Part shown: positions 38,604-48,393 of the stretch, piece by piece
Numbering within the stretch: position 1 is the first letter of the stretch
Layout: each line of letters opens with the position of its first letter
Notes under the pieces: model-generated
Told to the model about the DNA's origin: nothing
The model's database searches: none
Seen by the model: only the letters and a program-made list of their open reading frames with translations
Program-made: the position numbers and the translations under genes
DNA from: an uncultured Actinomycetes bacterium
Lineage (GTDB): Bacteria; Actinomycetota; Thermoleophilia; Gaiellales; JAICJC01
DNA length: 64,000 bases
Reading direction: 5' to 3'
Assembly (NCBI GenBank): GCA_963720885.1
Contig: CAVRGW010000004.1
Location: 137,661-201,660 of the forward strand

Positions 38604-39643
38604 GCCGCGACCTCAGCGCCGGGGACGCGGATCAGGTCTCGCTGGGCCAGGAGCTCCGCGATCTGGATGCCGTTCAGGGCGGCGCCCTTGCGCAGATTGT
38701 CGGCCACCACCCAGAGGGCCAGTCCGTTGGGCCGCGAGCGGTCCTCGCGGATGCGGCCGACCAGCACCTGGTCGCCGCCTGCGGCCTCGATCGCCGTCGG
38801 GTAGCGGGCGTTCGCCGGGTCGTCCACCACGGTCACGCCGGGCGCAGCGGCCAGCAGCTCGCGAGCCTGCGCCGGCGCGAGCGGCCGCTCGGTCTCGATC
38901 CACACCGCCTCGGAGTGCGACCGCCAGACCGGGACGCGCACGCAGGTGGCGCTGATCCCGATCGAGTCGTCGTTCATGATCTTGTGCGTCTCCCGCACCA
39001 GCTTGCTCTCCTCGATGGTCTCGTCGCCCTCGAACACATCACATTGTGGAAGCGCGTTGAAGGCGATCGGATGAGGGTACACGTCAGCGCGGACGGTCTC
39101 ACCCTGCAGGGACGCCAAGGACTGCGAGCGAAGCTCGTCGACCGCACGGCTGCCCGTACCGGACACCGCCTGGTACGTCGCGATCTGCATCCGCACGACC
39201 CGCGCGGCATCGTGCAGCGGCTTCAGCGCGCACACCAGCTGGATGGTCGAGCAGTTGGGGTTGGCGATGATCCCGCGGTGCGCCTCGGTGGCGGCGCCGT
39301 TGACCTCGGGGACGACCAGCGGCACCTGCGGGTCCATGCGGAACGCACTCGACTTGTCGACGACGACGCATCCGCGGCGCACCGCCTCCGGCGCGAACCG
39401 CTTCGATGTGCCGCCGCCGGCCGAGAACAGCGCCAGGTCAAAGCCGGCCAGCGAATCCTCGGTGAGTTCGCGCACCTGCAGCTGCTCGCCCGCGTACTCG
39501 ACGCGCGTGCCGGCCGAGCGGGCCGAGGCGAAGGGAACGACGTCCGAGGCCGGGAAGCGTCGCTCGGCGAGGATCGAGAGCACCTCCGGGCCGACGGCGC
39601 CGGTGGCGCCGACGACGGCGACGCGGTAGCTGCGGTCAGACAC
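38600..39643 (-). CDS. asd: Aspartate-semialdehyde dehydrogenase
   Basis: 347 aa. [20 protein letters not shown] (catalytic Cys), and the SGTGS/HSE regions. Confidence 0.95.
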   Translation of the reverse strand: MSDRSYRVAVVGATGAVGPEVLSILAERRFPASDVVPFASARSAGTRVEYAGEQLQVRELTEDSLAGFDLALFSAGGGTSKRFAPEAVRRGCVVVDKSSAFRMDPQVPLVVPEVNGAATEAHRGIIANPNCSTIQLVCALKPLHDAARVVRMQIATYQAVSGTGSRAVDELRSQSLASLQGETVRADVYPHPIAFNALPQCDVFEGDETIEESKLVRETHKIMNDDSIGISATCVRVPVWRSHSEAVWIETERPLAPAQARELLAAAPGVTVVDDPANARYPTAIEAAGGDQVLVGRIREDRSRPNGLALWVVADNLRKGAALNGIQIAELLAQRDLIRVPGAEVAA

Positions 39644-40898
39644 GCGGCTCCTCTCCCTGAGCTTCCGCCAGCTCCGTCTCGAACACGTCGTGCAGCGCCG
39701 CGACGGCCTCCGGCACCTTCTCGCGGGCGATCACGCACGAGACCTTGATCGGCGACGTGGCGATCATCCGCACGTTGATGCCGTGTTCGGCCAGGGTCGC
39801 GAACATCCTTGCGGCGACGCCGGGGTGGCTCTTCATGCCGGCGCCGATCAGGCTGACCTTGCCGGCGGTGTCGTCGACGCGGAACTCCAGGTCGAGCTCG
39901 CGGCACAGCCCGTCGATCGTGTTGGTCATCAGCGGCAGGTCGTCCGCCGGCAGTGAGAACGTGATGTCCGCGCGCTCGTGGGTCACCGCGTTCTGGATGA
40001 TCGTGTCGACGTTGATGTGGGCGGCGGCGACGGCGGTGAAGATGCCGGCCGCGGCGCCGGGCTTGTCCGGCACGTTCTCGAGCGTGACGTAGGCCTCGTC
40101 CACGGTGTGGGTGATGCCGGAGATGATCGGGTCTTCCATCGTGGCGTCCTCTCGGATCCAGGTGCCGGTGGTGTCGGTGAACGTGGAGCGCACATGGATC
40201 GACACCCCGTGGTTTCGTGCGAACTCGACCGAGCGCAGCTGCAGCACGCGTGCGCCGGAGCCCGCCATCTCGAGCATCTCGAGCGGCGAGACGACGGGCA
40301 GCTTGCGTGCACCGGGAACGATCCGCGGGTCGGCGGTGTACACGCCCTCGACGTCGGTGTAGACCTCGCAGTCGCCGCCCAGCGCCGCGGCCAGCGCGAC
40401 GGCCGTCGTGTCCGAGCCGCCGCGGCCCAGCGTGGTCACGTCGAGCGCGGTGGACACGCCCTGGAAGCCGGCGACCAGCACGATCTTGCCCTCCTCGAGC
40501 GCCTGCTCGATCCGCTTCGGGCGGATGTCGACGATCTTCGCCTTGGTGTGGACGGTGTCCGTGACGATGCCCGCCTGCGAGCCGGTCAGCGAGACGGCGT
40601 GGTGGCCCAGGTCCTCGATCGCCATCGCGCAGAGGGCGGCCGAGATCCGCTCACCGGTCGAGAGCAGCATGTCCATCTCCCGCGGGTGCGACCGGTCGGA
40701 CACGCGCGCGGCGAGGTCGGCCAGCTGGTCGGTGGTCTCGCCCATGGCGGACACGACGCCGACCACGGAGCGGCCGGAGCGGTGCGCCTCGACCAGCCGG
40801 CGGGCGACGTTCTTGATCTTCTCGGGATCGGCGACGGACGAGCCGCCGAACTTCATCACCAGCACGCGCGGGGCCGGCTGCGGCTCGGGATATGCCAT
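39636..40898 (-). CDS. lysC: Aspartate kinase (with probable in-frame internal start for a beta subunit at 40139)
   Basis: 420 aa. [22 protein letters not shown], and two ACT domains. Internal ATG ([11 protein letters not shown]) sits behind GAGAGGA, at the position of the C. glutamicum lysC-beta start. Confidence 0.95.
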   Translation of the reverse strand: MAYPEPQPAPRVLVMKFGGSSVADPEKIKNVARRLVEAHRSGRSVVGVVSAMGETTDQLADLAARVSDRSHPREMDMLLSTGERISAALCAMAIEDLGHHAVSLTGSQAGIVTDTVHTKAKIVDIRPKRIEQALEEGKIVLVAGFQGVSTALDVTTLGRGGSDTTAVALAAALGGDCEVYTDVEGVYTADPRIVPGARKLPVVSPLEMLEMAGSGARVLQLRSVEFARNHGVSIHVRSTFTDTTGTWIREDATMEDPIISGITHTVDEAYVTLENVPDKPGAAAGIFTAVAAAHINVDTIIQNAVTHERADITFSLPADDLPLMTNTIDGLCRELDLEFRVDDTAGKVSLIGAGMKSHPGVAARMFATLAEHGINVRMIATSPIKVSCVIAREKVPEAVAALHDVFETELAEAQGEEPRV

Positions 40899-40949
40899 GG
40901 AGGCAGTGTATCGGCGTGGTTGGGCGGATCGCCGCAGGCGGCGGCGCGG

Positions 40950-42302
40950 CTAGGCCATGGTCGCCAGAATGCCCGCGATGTCCGACACGGTCGTGCGCGG
41001 GTTGACGATCGCCATCCGCGTGCACGGCTCGCCGCGGTGGGTGGTCGGCGTGACGAACGCGTAGCCCTGGGCGAGCAACCCGCTGCTCCAGGCGGCGTAG
41101 TCGGCGGCCGTCCACCCGGTGCGGCGGAAGATCAGCACGGTCAGCTCCGGCTCCTCCAGCAGCTCGACATACGGACGGCTGCGGATCTCGTCGGCGCCGG
41201 CGCGGGCCACGGCCAGCGTCTGCTCGATCGCGTCGCGGTAGGCGTCGGTGCCGTGGACGGCCAGCGAGAACCAGAACGGCAGGCCGCGGGCGCGCCGAGA
41301 CAGGTGCACGGCGTAGTCCGAGGGATTCCACTCGCCGGTCTCATTGATGGTGTCCAGGTAGCCGGCGTGCTGTGTGTGGGTGCGGCGCGCCACCTCCGGA
41401 TCGCGGTAGACCAGAGCGCAGCAGTCGAACGGCGCGAACAGCCACTTGTGCGGATCGACGATGAAGCTGTCGGCATGCTCGATCCCGGCGAACAGGTGCC
41501 GCACCGACGGTGCCGCCAGCGCCGCGCCGCCGTACGCGCCGTCGACGTGCATCCACAGCCCGCGCTCGTGGCACACCTCGGCGACGCCGGCCAGGTCGTC
41601 GATCACGCCCGTGTTGGTCGTGCCCGATGTCGCCACGGCGGCGAACACGCCGTCGTCGCCGGCCTCGTCGAGCGCCTGGGCCAGCGCGGTGCCGGTCATC
41701 CTGCCGCGCTCGTCGGCCGGCACGTAGAGCACGTCGACGTCCATCACCTGCACGAGCGCGTAGACGACGGATGAGTGCGTCTCGGCCGTCAACGCCACGC
41801 GCCAGCGGCCCGGGCGGTCGCCGCCGCGGGCCTCGCGGGCGGCGTGCCGAGCTGCGACCAGCGCCGACAGGTTGCCGGTGGTGCCGCCGGGGACGAAGCA
41901 GCCGCCGGCGCCGGCGGGCAGGCCTGCGAGGTCGGAGATCCAGCGCAGCGCCTGGTTCTCCGCGTAGACCGCGCCGGAGCTCTCGAGCCAGCTGCCGCCG
42001 TAGATCGACTGGACGCCGACCAGCAGGTCGAACAGCGTCGAGACCTCGGTCGGAGCTCCCGGGATGAACGCCAGGTAGCGCGGGTGGTCGACCGACATCG
42101 TGGCCGGCGCCAGCACGTCCACCCAGCGGCGCAGGGCCTCGTCTCCGCCCAGCCCCTCGGGCGTGATCGTGATGCCGGCTCGAGCCTGCAGCTCCGCCGG
42201 CGTGCGTGGGCCGTCGAGCGGCGCATCCATGCGCATGCGGTCGAGCGCGAGGCGGGTGATCCGCTGTGCGAGGCGCTCGGTGTCCTGGGTGTAGCGGTGC
42301 AT
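40950..42302 (-). CDS. Group-II PLP-dependent amino-acid decarboxylase
   Basis: ORF 40950..42368 trimmed to MHRYTQDTERL. GGTTGNL, HVDGAYGG and DPHKWLFAP (PLP Lys). Confidence 0.85.
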   Translation of the reverse strand: MHRYTQDTERLAQRITRLALDRMRMDAPLDGPRTPAELQARAGITITPEGLGGDEALRRWVDVLAPATMSVDHPRYLAFIPGAPTEVSTLFDLLVGVQSIYGGSWLESSGAVYAENQALRWISDLAGLPAGAGGCFVPGGTTGNLSALVAARHAAREARGGDRPGRWRVALTAETHSSVVYALVQVMDVDVLYVPADERGRMTGTALAQALDEAGDDGVFAAVATSGTTNTGVIDDLAGVAEVCHERGLWMHVDGAYGGAALAAPSVRHLFAGIEHADSFIVDPHKWLFAPFDCCALVYRDPEVARRTHTQHAGYLDTINETGEWNPSDYAVHLSRRARGLPFWFSLAVHGTDAYRDAIEQTLAVARAGADEIRSRPYVELLEEPELTVLIFRRTGWTAADYAAWSSGLLAQGYAFVTPTTHRGEPCTRMAIVNPRTTVSDIAGILATMA

Positions 42303-42337
42303 CGGCGAGGACTGTAACCGTGGAGTAGGATCGGCGC

Positions 42338-42709
42338 GTGAGCGACCTGCTCGCCTTGATTGCGGCATACGACGACGCCTGGAACCGCCAGGACGTCGAG
42401 GCGATCTCGTCGCTGCATGCCCCGGACGTCGTGTTCCACAACCACACCGCCGGCGAGCGGGTGGAGGGCAGGGAGGCCGTGGCCGCGCACATCTCGGCGA
42501 TCTTCGAGCGGTGGCCGACGCTGCGCTTCAGCGGTCGCGGGCAGCGGGCGGGCGACGACTTCGTCGTCAGCGAGTGGACGGCCTCGGCGACGCATCCCGA
42601 CGACGGGCGGCGGCTGGAGTGGGACGGCATCGACGTCTTCCCGTTCCGCGACGGCCTGATCGCGCGCAAGGACGTCTACTCCAGCAGCGCGACGCCGCGC
42701 GTCCGGTAA
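42338..42709 (+). CDS. SnoaL/NTF2-like fold protein
   Basis: 123 aa. YDDAWNRQDVEAISSLHAPDVVFHN...FPFRDGLIARKDVY is the SnoaL-like pattern. Confidence 0.75.
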   Translation: MSDLLALIAAYDDAWNRQDVEAISSLHAPDVVFHNHTAGERVEGREAVAAHISAIFERWPTLRFSGRGQRAGDDFVVSEWTASATHPDDGRRLEWDGIDVFPFRDGLIARKDVYSSSATPRVR

Positions 42710-42802
42710 CAACGGGGTCAGACCCCTTTGTTACACCCAGGGACGCAACAACGGGGTCAGACCCTTTTGTTGCGCAACAGAGGGGTCTGACCCCGTTGTT
42801 GC
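42706..42802. repeat. Three copies of a ~29-nt hairpin element (42706-42734, 42745-42773 direct; 42774-42802 inverted)
   Basis: GTAACAACGGGGTCAGACCCCTTTGTTAC, GCAACAACGGGGTCAGACCCTTTTGTTGC, GCAACAGAGGGGTCTGACCCCGTTGTTGC. They lie between the convergent stops of the SnoaL-like gene and recR. Copies 2+3 form a 58-nt palindrome. Confidence 0.9.
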
Positions 42803-42803
42803 A

Positions 42804-43394
42804 TCAGAGTTCGCGGCGGCCGGCGAACGCCCGGCCCAGCGTGACTTCGTCGGCGTACTCCAGGTCGCCGCCGACCGGCAGCCCGCTGGCCAGCCGGGTG
42901 ACGCGGCAGCGGCCGCGCAGCCGGTCGGCGATGTAGACCGCGGTGGCCTCGCCGGTCATCGTCGGGTTGGTCGCCAGCACCACCTCGGTCACGCCGTTTC
43001 GCTCCACCCGCTCGAGCAGCTCGGACAGCTTGAGGTCGTCGGGATCGACGCCGTCGATCGGCGAGAGGGCGCCGCCCAGCACGTGGTAGACGCCGCGGAA
43101 CTCGGCCGTCCGCTCCATCGCCACCACGTCGGAGGGATCCTCGACCACGCAGATCACCGTGCGGTCGCGGCGCGCGTCCTGGCAGATCGGGCAGAGCGGC
43201 CCCTCCGCCAGGTTGAAGCACTCCTCGCAGAACCCGATCCGCTCCTTGACCTCGCGGATGGCGTCCGCCAGCGCCAGCGCGTCCTCCGGGCTGGCCTTGA
43301 GGATGTGGAATGCGAGCCGCTGCGCGGTACGGCGCCCGATCCCGGGCAGCCGGGCGAGCTGGACGATCAGGTTCTCGACCGACGGCGAGTACAC
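42804..43394 (-). CDS. recR: Recombination protein RecR
   Basis: 196 aa. LPGIGRRTAQRLAFH (HhH), CEECFNL...CPIC zinc finger, and Toprim domain. Confidence 0.95.
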   Translation of the reverse strand: MYSPSVENLIVQLARLPGIGRRTAQRLAFHILKASPEDALALADAIREVKERIGFCEECFNLAEGPLCPICQDARRDRTVICVVEDPSDVVAMERTAEFRGVYHVLGGALSPIDGVDPDDLKLSELLERVERNGVTEVVLATNPTMTGEATAVYIADRLRGRCRVTRLASGLPVGGDLEYADEVTLGRAFAGRREL

Positions 43395-43410
43395 GCGCGG
43401 TCAGATTCTC

Positions 43411-43725
43411 TCAGAGGCCGGGGATGCCCAGCCCACCGAGACCCCCCAGCTGGCCCATCATCCGCTGCTGCTGGAGCTGCTGCGCCGCCGCCAGGGCGCC
43501 GTTGAACGCCGAGACCAGCAGGTCCTGCAGCATCTCGGGGTCGTCCGGGTCGATCGCCTCGGGCTTGATCGTGACCTCGCTGACCTCGAGCGATCCTGAC
43601 ATCTTCACGGTGACGGCGCCGCCGCCGGCCGAGTGCTCCACGTACTCGGTCTTCAGCTGCTCCTGCGCCTGCTCCATCTGCTGCTGCATCTTGCCGAGCT
43701 CCGCCATCATCTTGTTCGGGTCCAT
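43411..43725 (-). CDS. ybaB: YbaB/EbfC nucleoid-associated protein
   Basis: ORF 43411..44091 trimmed to MDPNKMMAELGKMQQQMEQAQEQL...GGGAVTVKMSG...; 104 aa. Conserved position between dnaX and recR. Confidence 0.9.
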   Translation of the reverse strand: MDPNKMMAELGKMQQQMEQAQEQLKTEYVEHSAGGGAVTVKMSGSLEVSEVTIKPEAIDPDDPEMLQDLLVSAFNGALAAAQQLQQQRMMGQLGGLGGLGIPGL

Positions 43726-43730
43726 CTTCG

Positions 43731-45374
43731 TCACCGCGACTCCTTGACCTCGTGGGCGTCGAACGCTTCCTTGAACTGGTCGAACAGGTCGTCCTCCGAC
43801 ACGGCCTCCGGCGGCTCGACCGCGAGCACCGTCTCCTCGCCGGCGGGTTCCTGCACCGCCGGAGCCTCCTCGTCGACGATCCGCAGCCTGACCGGTCCGC
43901 CCAGCGCCTGGCCGAGCACCTCGGCGATCAGCTCCTCGTTCTCGGACGACGATGCCCCGGCCTTGGCGAACGCCAGGCTGAAGGCGAGCGTGACGACGCC
44001 GTCGTCGACTCCTGTCGGCCGCGCGCTGTCCAGCAGCGCACGCAGCGGCGGCGAGCGACGGCCGATCTCGGGGAGCACCGCGTCCTCCCACCGCGCCATC
44101 AGACCGTCGCCGGACGCCGGCGGCGGGTTCCGGGGCTCCGGCGCCGCGGCCGGCGGATCGGCTTCGACGACCGCCTCAGGGGCGGGTGCGGCGGCCGGCG
44201 CTGCGGCTGCGGTGGCAGGCGGCGGGGGAGGCGCGGGTGCGCCGCTCTCCAGCCGCTCCAGCCGCTGCTGCAGCGCCTCCAGCGAAAGCTCGCCCTGCGG
44301 GCGGCAGACCTTGACCAGCGCCAGCTCCAGGGGGAGCCGCGGATCGGAGCCCTCCTTGACCTCGTCGACGACCTCGCGGAGCAGATCGATCAGCCGCTGC
44401 ACGGCCGTCGGCGTGAGGCGGGACGCCTGCTCGGCCAGCCGCGCCTGCTCATCGATGGTCATCGCCAGGTCGGCGGGAGGCTCGCCCAGCTGCTGTGTCA
44501 GGAACAACCCGCGCAGGTGGGTCAGCAGTCCGGCCGTCACCGAGCCGAGGTCGGCGCCCGACTCGGCGAGCTCGTCCACCAGCCGCAGCGACCCGGCCGC
44601 GTCTCCGGCGGCCACCAGGTCGAGCGCGCGGAAGAGCATCTCCTCGTCGGCCGTCCCCAGCAGCGCCCGGGCGTCGTCGGCGGTGATCTGCTGCGAGCAT
44701 GCGGTCTGCAGCTGGTCGAGCAGCGACACCGCGTCGCGGAAGCTGCCGCCGCCGGCGCGCGCCACCATCGTGATCGCGGCGTCGTCGATCTCGATCCCCT
44801 CGGCCGTCGCGATCCGGTTCAGCAGCTCGCTGGTCTCGGCGTGCGTCGGGCGGTGGAACGCGAACCGCTGGCAGCGGCTGCGGATGGTCGGCAGCATCGC
44901 CTGCATCTCGGTGGTGCAGAGCACGAAGATCGCGTGATCGGGCGGCTCCTCGAGCGTCTTCAGCACCGCGTTCGAGGCCTCCTTGGTCAGCATGTGGGCC
45001 TCGTCGACGATGTAGATCTTGTAGCGGCCGAGCACCGGCCGCAGCACGACCTTGTCGCGGATCTCGCGGATGTCGTCGATCCCGCGATGGCTGGCGGCAT
45101 CCATCTCGATCACGTCGATCGCCGTGGCGTCGTGGATCGTCCGGCAGGACTCGCACACCAGGCAGGGCGCGGTCGTCGGCCCCTTCTCGCAGTTCAGGGA
45201 CTTGGCCAGGATCTTGGCCATCGACGTCTTGCCGGTGCCGCGCGGGCCGGCGAACAGGTACGCGTGGGCCACGCGATCCTGATCGATCGCGTTGCTCAGC
45301 GTGCGAACGACATGTCCCTGCCCGACGACCTGGCTGAAGTCGAGGGGCCGGTGGGTGCGGTATAGCGCGGACAC
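43731..45374 (-). CDS. dnaX: DNA polymerase III subunit gamma/tau
   Basis: 547 aa. YRTHRP..F..VVGQ, GPRGTGKTS, CESC Zn module and the DEAHML box. GTG start. Confidence 0.95.
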   Translation of the reverse strand: MSALYRTHRPLDFSQVVGQGHVVRTLSNAIDQDRVAHAYLFAGPRGTGKTSMAKILAKSLNCEKGPTTAPCLVCESCRTIHDATAIDVIEMDAASHRGIDDIREIRDKVVLRPVLGRYKIYIVDEAHMLTKEASNAVLKTLEEPPDHAIFVLCTTEMQAMLPTIRSRCQRFAFHRPTHAETSELLNRIATAEGIEIDDAAITMVARAGGGSFRDAVSLLDQLQTACSQQITADDARALLGTADEEMLFRALDLVAAGDAAGSLRLVDELAESGADLGSVTAGLLTHLRGLFLTQQLGEPPADLAMTIDEQARLAEQASRLTPTAVQRLIDLLREVVDEVKEGSDPRLPLELALVKVCRPQGELSLEALQQRLERLESGAPAPPPPPATAAAAPAAAPAPEAVVEADPPAAAPEPRNPPPASGDGLMARWEDAVLPEIGRRSPPLRALLDSARPTGVDDGVVTLAFSLAFAKAGASSSENEELIAEVLGQALGGPVRLRIVDEEAPAVQEPAGEETVLAVEPPEAVSEDDLFDQFKEAFDAHEVKESR

Positions 45375-45402
45375 CCCTGCATGTTAACCGGGGGAGGGCT
45401 GA

Positions 45403-45680
45403 GCGGCCGTGCACCCGCCCCTCGAGGTGGCGGACCCGGACGGTGCCCTCCAGCATCGGCTCCTGCCAGGCTGACCCGCGGCACCCGGGTGACGTTGCTT
45501 AGCGCTGCTTCCTTCCGGACCTGACGCGGTTCACAAGCCTCCGTTGCGCGGGACCTGGCGATCAACGCCGAACACCGGGGCCCTGATTCCGAACCCGACG
45601 CCCCTCAGGGCGGGAGTTCAGCCCGGCTAGAGCGGATTGCCGGTACAGGGAACCGCTAGCTCCCCACCTAGCACGGCCAC
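45403..45680 (-). ncRNA. ffs: Signal recognition particle RNA, long (Alu-domain, Bacillus-type) form
   Basis: The minus strand contains the invariant domain-IV motif CAGGUCCGGAAGGAAGCAGC (complement of ~45505-45524). The 5' part GUGGCCGUGCUAGGUGGGGAGCUAGCGGUUCCCUGUACCGGCAAUCCGCUCUAGCC parallels the B. subtilis scRNA Alu domain. The 5' GUGGCCGUGC pairs with the 3' GCACGGCCGC. Classic location just upstream of dnaX. Ends are +/- a few nt. Confidence 0.9.
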
Positions 45681-45690
45681 ACCGATCGTA

Positions 45691-46116
45691 TCAGCCGGCG
45701 TCCGCCCGGTCCTCCGCCTCACGGAGGCGGCGGGCGAGGATCTTCGCCAGCTTCAGCGAGATGGCGGGGTGCTGCTCGAGCAGCGGTGTGAACTGCCAGG
45801 CCGTGATGCCGAAGACCCGCAGCGGCGACTCGGCGATCACCGATGCCGTGCGCCGGCCGGTCTCGTCGAGCAGCGCGACCTCGCCGAATGACGCGCCCGG
45901 GCCGAGCGTGGCCCGCCGCTCGCCGTGGCGCTCGACGCGCGCCTCGCCGTCGGCGATCACGAAGAAACCGACGCCGCCCTCGCCCTCGCCGACGATGGTA
46001 TCGCCGGTGTCGTATCTCCGCTCCTTGGCCGTGTTCGCCACGGCTTCGAGCTCTTTGTCGTTCAGGCCGTCGAACAGCGGCACTCGCCGCAGTATCTCGA
46101 TGCGCTCGTCGCTCAT
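45691..46116 (-). CDS. Stand-alone cyclic-nucleotide-binding domain protein
   Basis: ORF 45691..46344 trimmed to the ATG at 46116 (GAGG upstream). ILRRVPLFDGLNDKEL, GASFGEVALLDETGRRTASVIA. 141 aa, no HTH. Confidence 0.8.
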   Translation of the reverse strand: MSDERIEILRRVPLFDGLNDKELEAVANTAKERRYDTGDTIVGEGEGGVGFFVIADGEARVERHGERRATLGPGASFGEVALLDETGRRTASVIAESPLRVFGITAWQFTPLLEQHPAISLKLAKILARRLREAEDRADAG

Positions 46117-46199
46117 GCGAACCTCGGTTGCAGTGGTCGGGACGGCATAGTCTGCCGATCTTCCCCCACTTCGGCAAGTGGCATACTCCGGTGCGCACT

Positions 46200-46291
46200 G
46201 GAGAGGTGTCCGAGTTGGCTTAAGGAGCGCGACTGGAAATCGCGTAAGCGGGGATTCACCTGCTTCGCGGGTTCGAATCCCGCCCTCTCCG
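46200..46291 (+). tRNA. tRNA-Ser (anticodon GGA)
   Basis: Acceptor GGAGAGG/CCTCTCC, anticodon stem CGCGA/TCGCG with loop CTGGAAA, long variable arm, and T-arm GCGGGTTCGAATCCCGC. No encoded CCA. Confidence 0.95.
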
Positions 46292-46342
46292 CTCTCCGAG
46301 CCGGGTAACCGGGCGGCAAGGACCGGCGGGCATACTGCCCGC

Positions 46343-47002
46343 ATGGCGCTCAGGGTGCTGATCGTCGACGATGACTCCGCGATCGTGCGGATGCTCGAGC
46401 GGACGCTGCGGGCGGAGGGCTACGAGACCGCCACGGCCGCGGACGGGGGCGGTGCCCTGGCACGGGCCGAATCATGGGCGCCGGACGCGATCGTGCTCGA
46501 CGTGATGATGCCGGGCGTGGACGGCCTTGGCGTTGCCCGGCGCCTCCGCGACAAGGGCAGCGCCGTGCCGATCCTGCTGCTGACCGCCCGCGACGCGGTA
46601 GTCGACCGCGTGGCCGGCCTCGACTCCGGCGCCGACGACTACCTGGTCAAGCCCTTCGCCGCGGACGAGCTGACCGCGCGCCTGCGGGCGCTGCTCCGGC
46701 GCGGACAGGCCGAGGGGATCGTCTCCTACGGCGACCTGTCGATCGATCCCGCGACTCGCGTTGCTCATCGCGGCGACACCGCGCTCGAGCTGACCTCGCG
46801 CGAGGCCGACCTGCTGCTCCTGCTGCTCCGCAACGCCGGCCGGGTGGTCAGCCGGGAGCAGGCGCTGCGCGAGGTCTGGGGCGGCGGCCGATTGCCGACC
46901 GCCAACACCGTCGACCGCTACGTCGCCTACCTGCGGGCGAAGCTGGGCCCGCCACAGGTGATCCACACCGTGCGCGGCGTCGGCTTCCAGCTGCGCCGAT
47001 GA
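46343..47002 (+). CDS. OmpR-family response regulator
   Basis: Trimmed to the ATG at 46343. RVLIVDDD, LDVMMPGVDG, DDYLVKPF receiver domain, plus a winged-helix output domain (TVRGVGFQL). Confidence 0.9.
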   Translation: MALRVLIVDDDSAIVRMLERTLRAEGYETATAADGGGALARAESWAPDAIVLDVMMPGVDGLGVARRLRDKGSAVPILLLTARDAVVDRVAGLDSGADDYLVKPFAADELTARLRALLRRGQAEGIVSYGDLSIDPATRVAHRGDTALELTSREADLLLLLLRNAGRVVSREQALREVWGGGRLPTANTVDRYVAYLRAKLGPPQVIHTVRGVGFQLRR

Positions 47003-48393
47003 GGAACTGGAAGCTCCGCACCCGGGTGGCGCTGGCGGCGGCGCTTGCGATCTTCCTCGCCGTTGCCTTGGTGGGCATCGCAATCCAGCTGCTGCTGGCC
47101 CGCGACCTGCGTCGCCAGCTCGACTCGACCCTGAAGCAGCGGGCCACCGACGTGGCGACGCTCAGCGCGTCCGCGCCCGCGCTGCTGACGACCCCGGGCG
47201 CGCTCGACTCGGCGCCGGCGACCGGCGCGCTGGACGTCGAGGTGGTCGACCGCAACGGGCGGATCGTCGCCCGCTCGCTTGCGCTGGGCGCCCGCGTGCT
47301 GCCCGCCGAGCAGCTCGTCGATCGGGCCGTCGACAAGGGCACGGCGGGCTACGCCGACGCGACCATGGGCGGTGAGGGGCTGCGCATCTACGCGGCGCCG
47401 CTGGCGGACGTCGGCGGCGGGCCGGCTGCTGGGGGCGCGGTGGTGGTCGCGTCGACCACCGACCAGGTGGACGGCACGCTCGACCGGCTGCGCCAGCTGA
47501 CGCTGTTTGCCGGCCTGGCAGCAGCCGCTGTCGCCGTACCGCTCGCCCTGGCCGTCACCCGCCGGGTGCTGCGCCCGCTGGAGCGTCTGACCTCCGACGC
47601 CGCCGAGATCCGCCGCACCGCCGACCCGTCGCGGCGCCTGCCGACGGCCGGCGGCGAGGACGAGGTGCAGCAGCTGACCGTCGCGCTGAATGAGATGCTG
47701 GCGGCGCTGGAGCGGGCGCGCGACGCGGAGCGGCGGTTCCTGGCCGACGCCTCCCACGAGCTGCGGACGCCGCTGACGGCGCTCCGCGGCAACGCCGCCT
47801 ACCTCGCCCGGCGCGGGGCCGACGAGGGCGCCTTCGCCGATCTGGAGGCGGACGTCGCCCGGCTCTCGGAGCTGGTCGACGGCCTGCTCGCCGTGGCCCG
47901 CGAGGACGCGGCCGGGCCGCCCGCCGACCCGATCGACGTGACGGCGCTGGTGACCTCGCTCGAGCCGGATCCGCAGCTCCGCGTGACGGCGCAGCCGGGG
48001 CTGGCCGTGCGCGGCGACGGCGATGCGATCGGCCGCGCCCTGGCCAACCTGATCGAGAACGCGAAGCGCTACGGCCCGGCGGGCGAGCCCGTCGACGTCG
48101 ACGCTCGGGGCGACGGTGCCACGGTGGTGGTGGCGGTGACCGACGCCGGCGCGGGGGTACCCGGCGTCACCGTCGAGCAGGCGAGCACGCGGTTCTGGCG
48201 CGGCCCCAACAGCGCGGGCACGCGCGGCTCCGGTCTCGGCCTGGCGCTGGTGCGGGCGACCGCCGAGCGCCACGGTGGGCGGCTGGTGATCGAGGGCCCG
48301 CGGTTTGCAATCGAGCTTCCAGCTCTCACGGATCTCTCAGAGGACGTGGGCCACACTGCCCGCGTACTCGCGCAGAAGGAAGGACCCCCGTGA
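46999..48393 (+). CDS. Sensor histidine kinase
   Basis: From the ATG at 46999 (ATGA overlap). TM, HAMP, H-box SHELRTPLTAL, N-box NLIENAKRY, and G-boxes DAGAG / GSGLGLALV. Confidence 0.9.
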   Translation: MRNWKLRTRVALAAALAIFLAVALVGIAIQLLLARDLRRQLDSTLKQRATDVATLSASAPALLTTPGALDSAPATGALDVEVVDRNGRIVARSLALGARVLPAEQLVDRAVDKGTAGYADATMGGEGLRIYAAPLADVGGGPAAGGAVVVASTTDQVDGTLDRLRQLTLFAGLAAAAVAVPLALAVTRRVLRPLERLTSDAAEIRRTADPSRRLPTAGGEDEVQQLTVALNEMLAALERARDAERRFLADASHELRTPLTALRGNAAYLARRGADEGAFADLEADVARLSELVDGLLAVAREDAAGPPADPIDVTALVTSLEPDPQLRVTAQPGLAVRGDGDAIGRALANLIENAKRYGPAGEPVDVDARGDGATVVVAVTDAGAGVPGVTVEQASTRFWRGPNSAGTRGSGLGLALVRATAERHGGRLVIEGPRFAIELPALTDLSEDVGHTARVLAQKEGPP

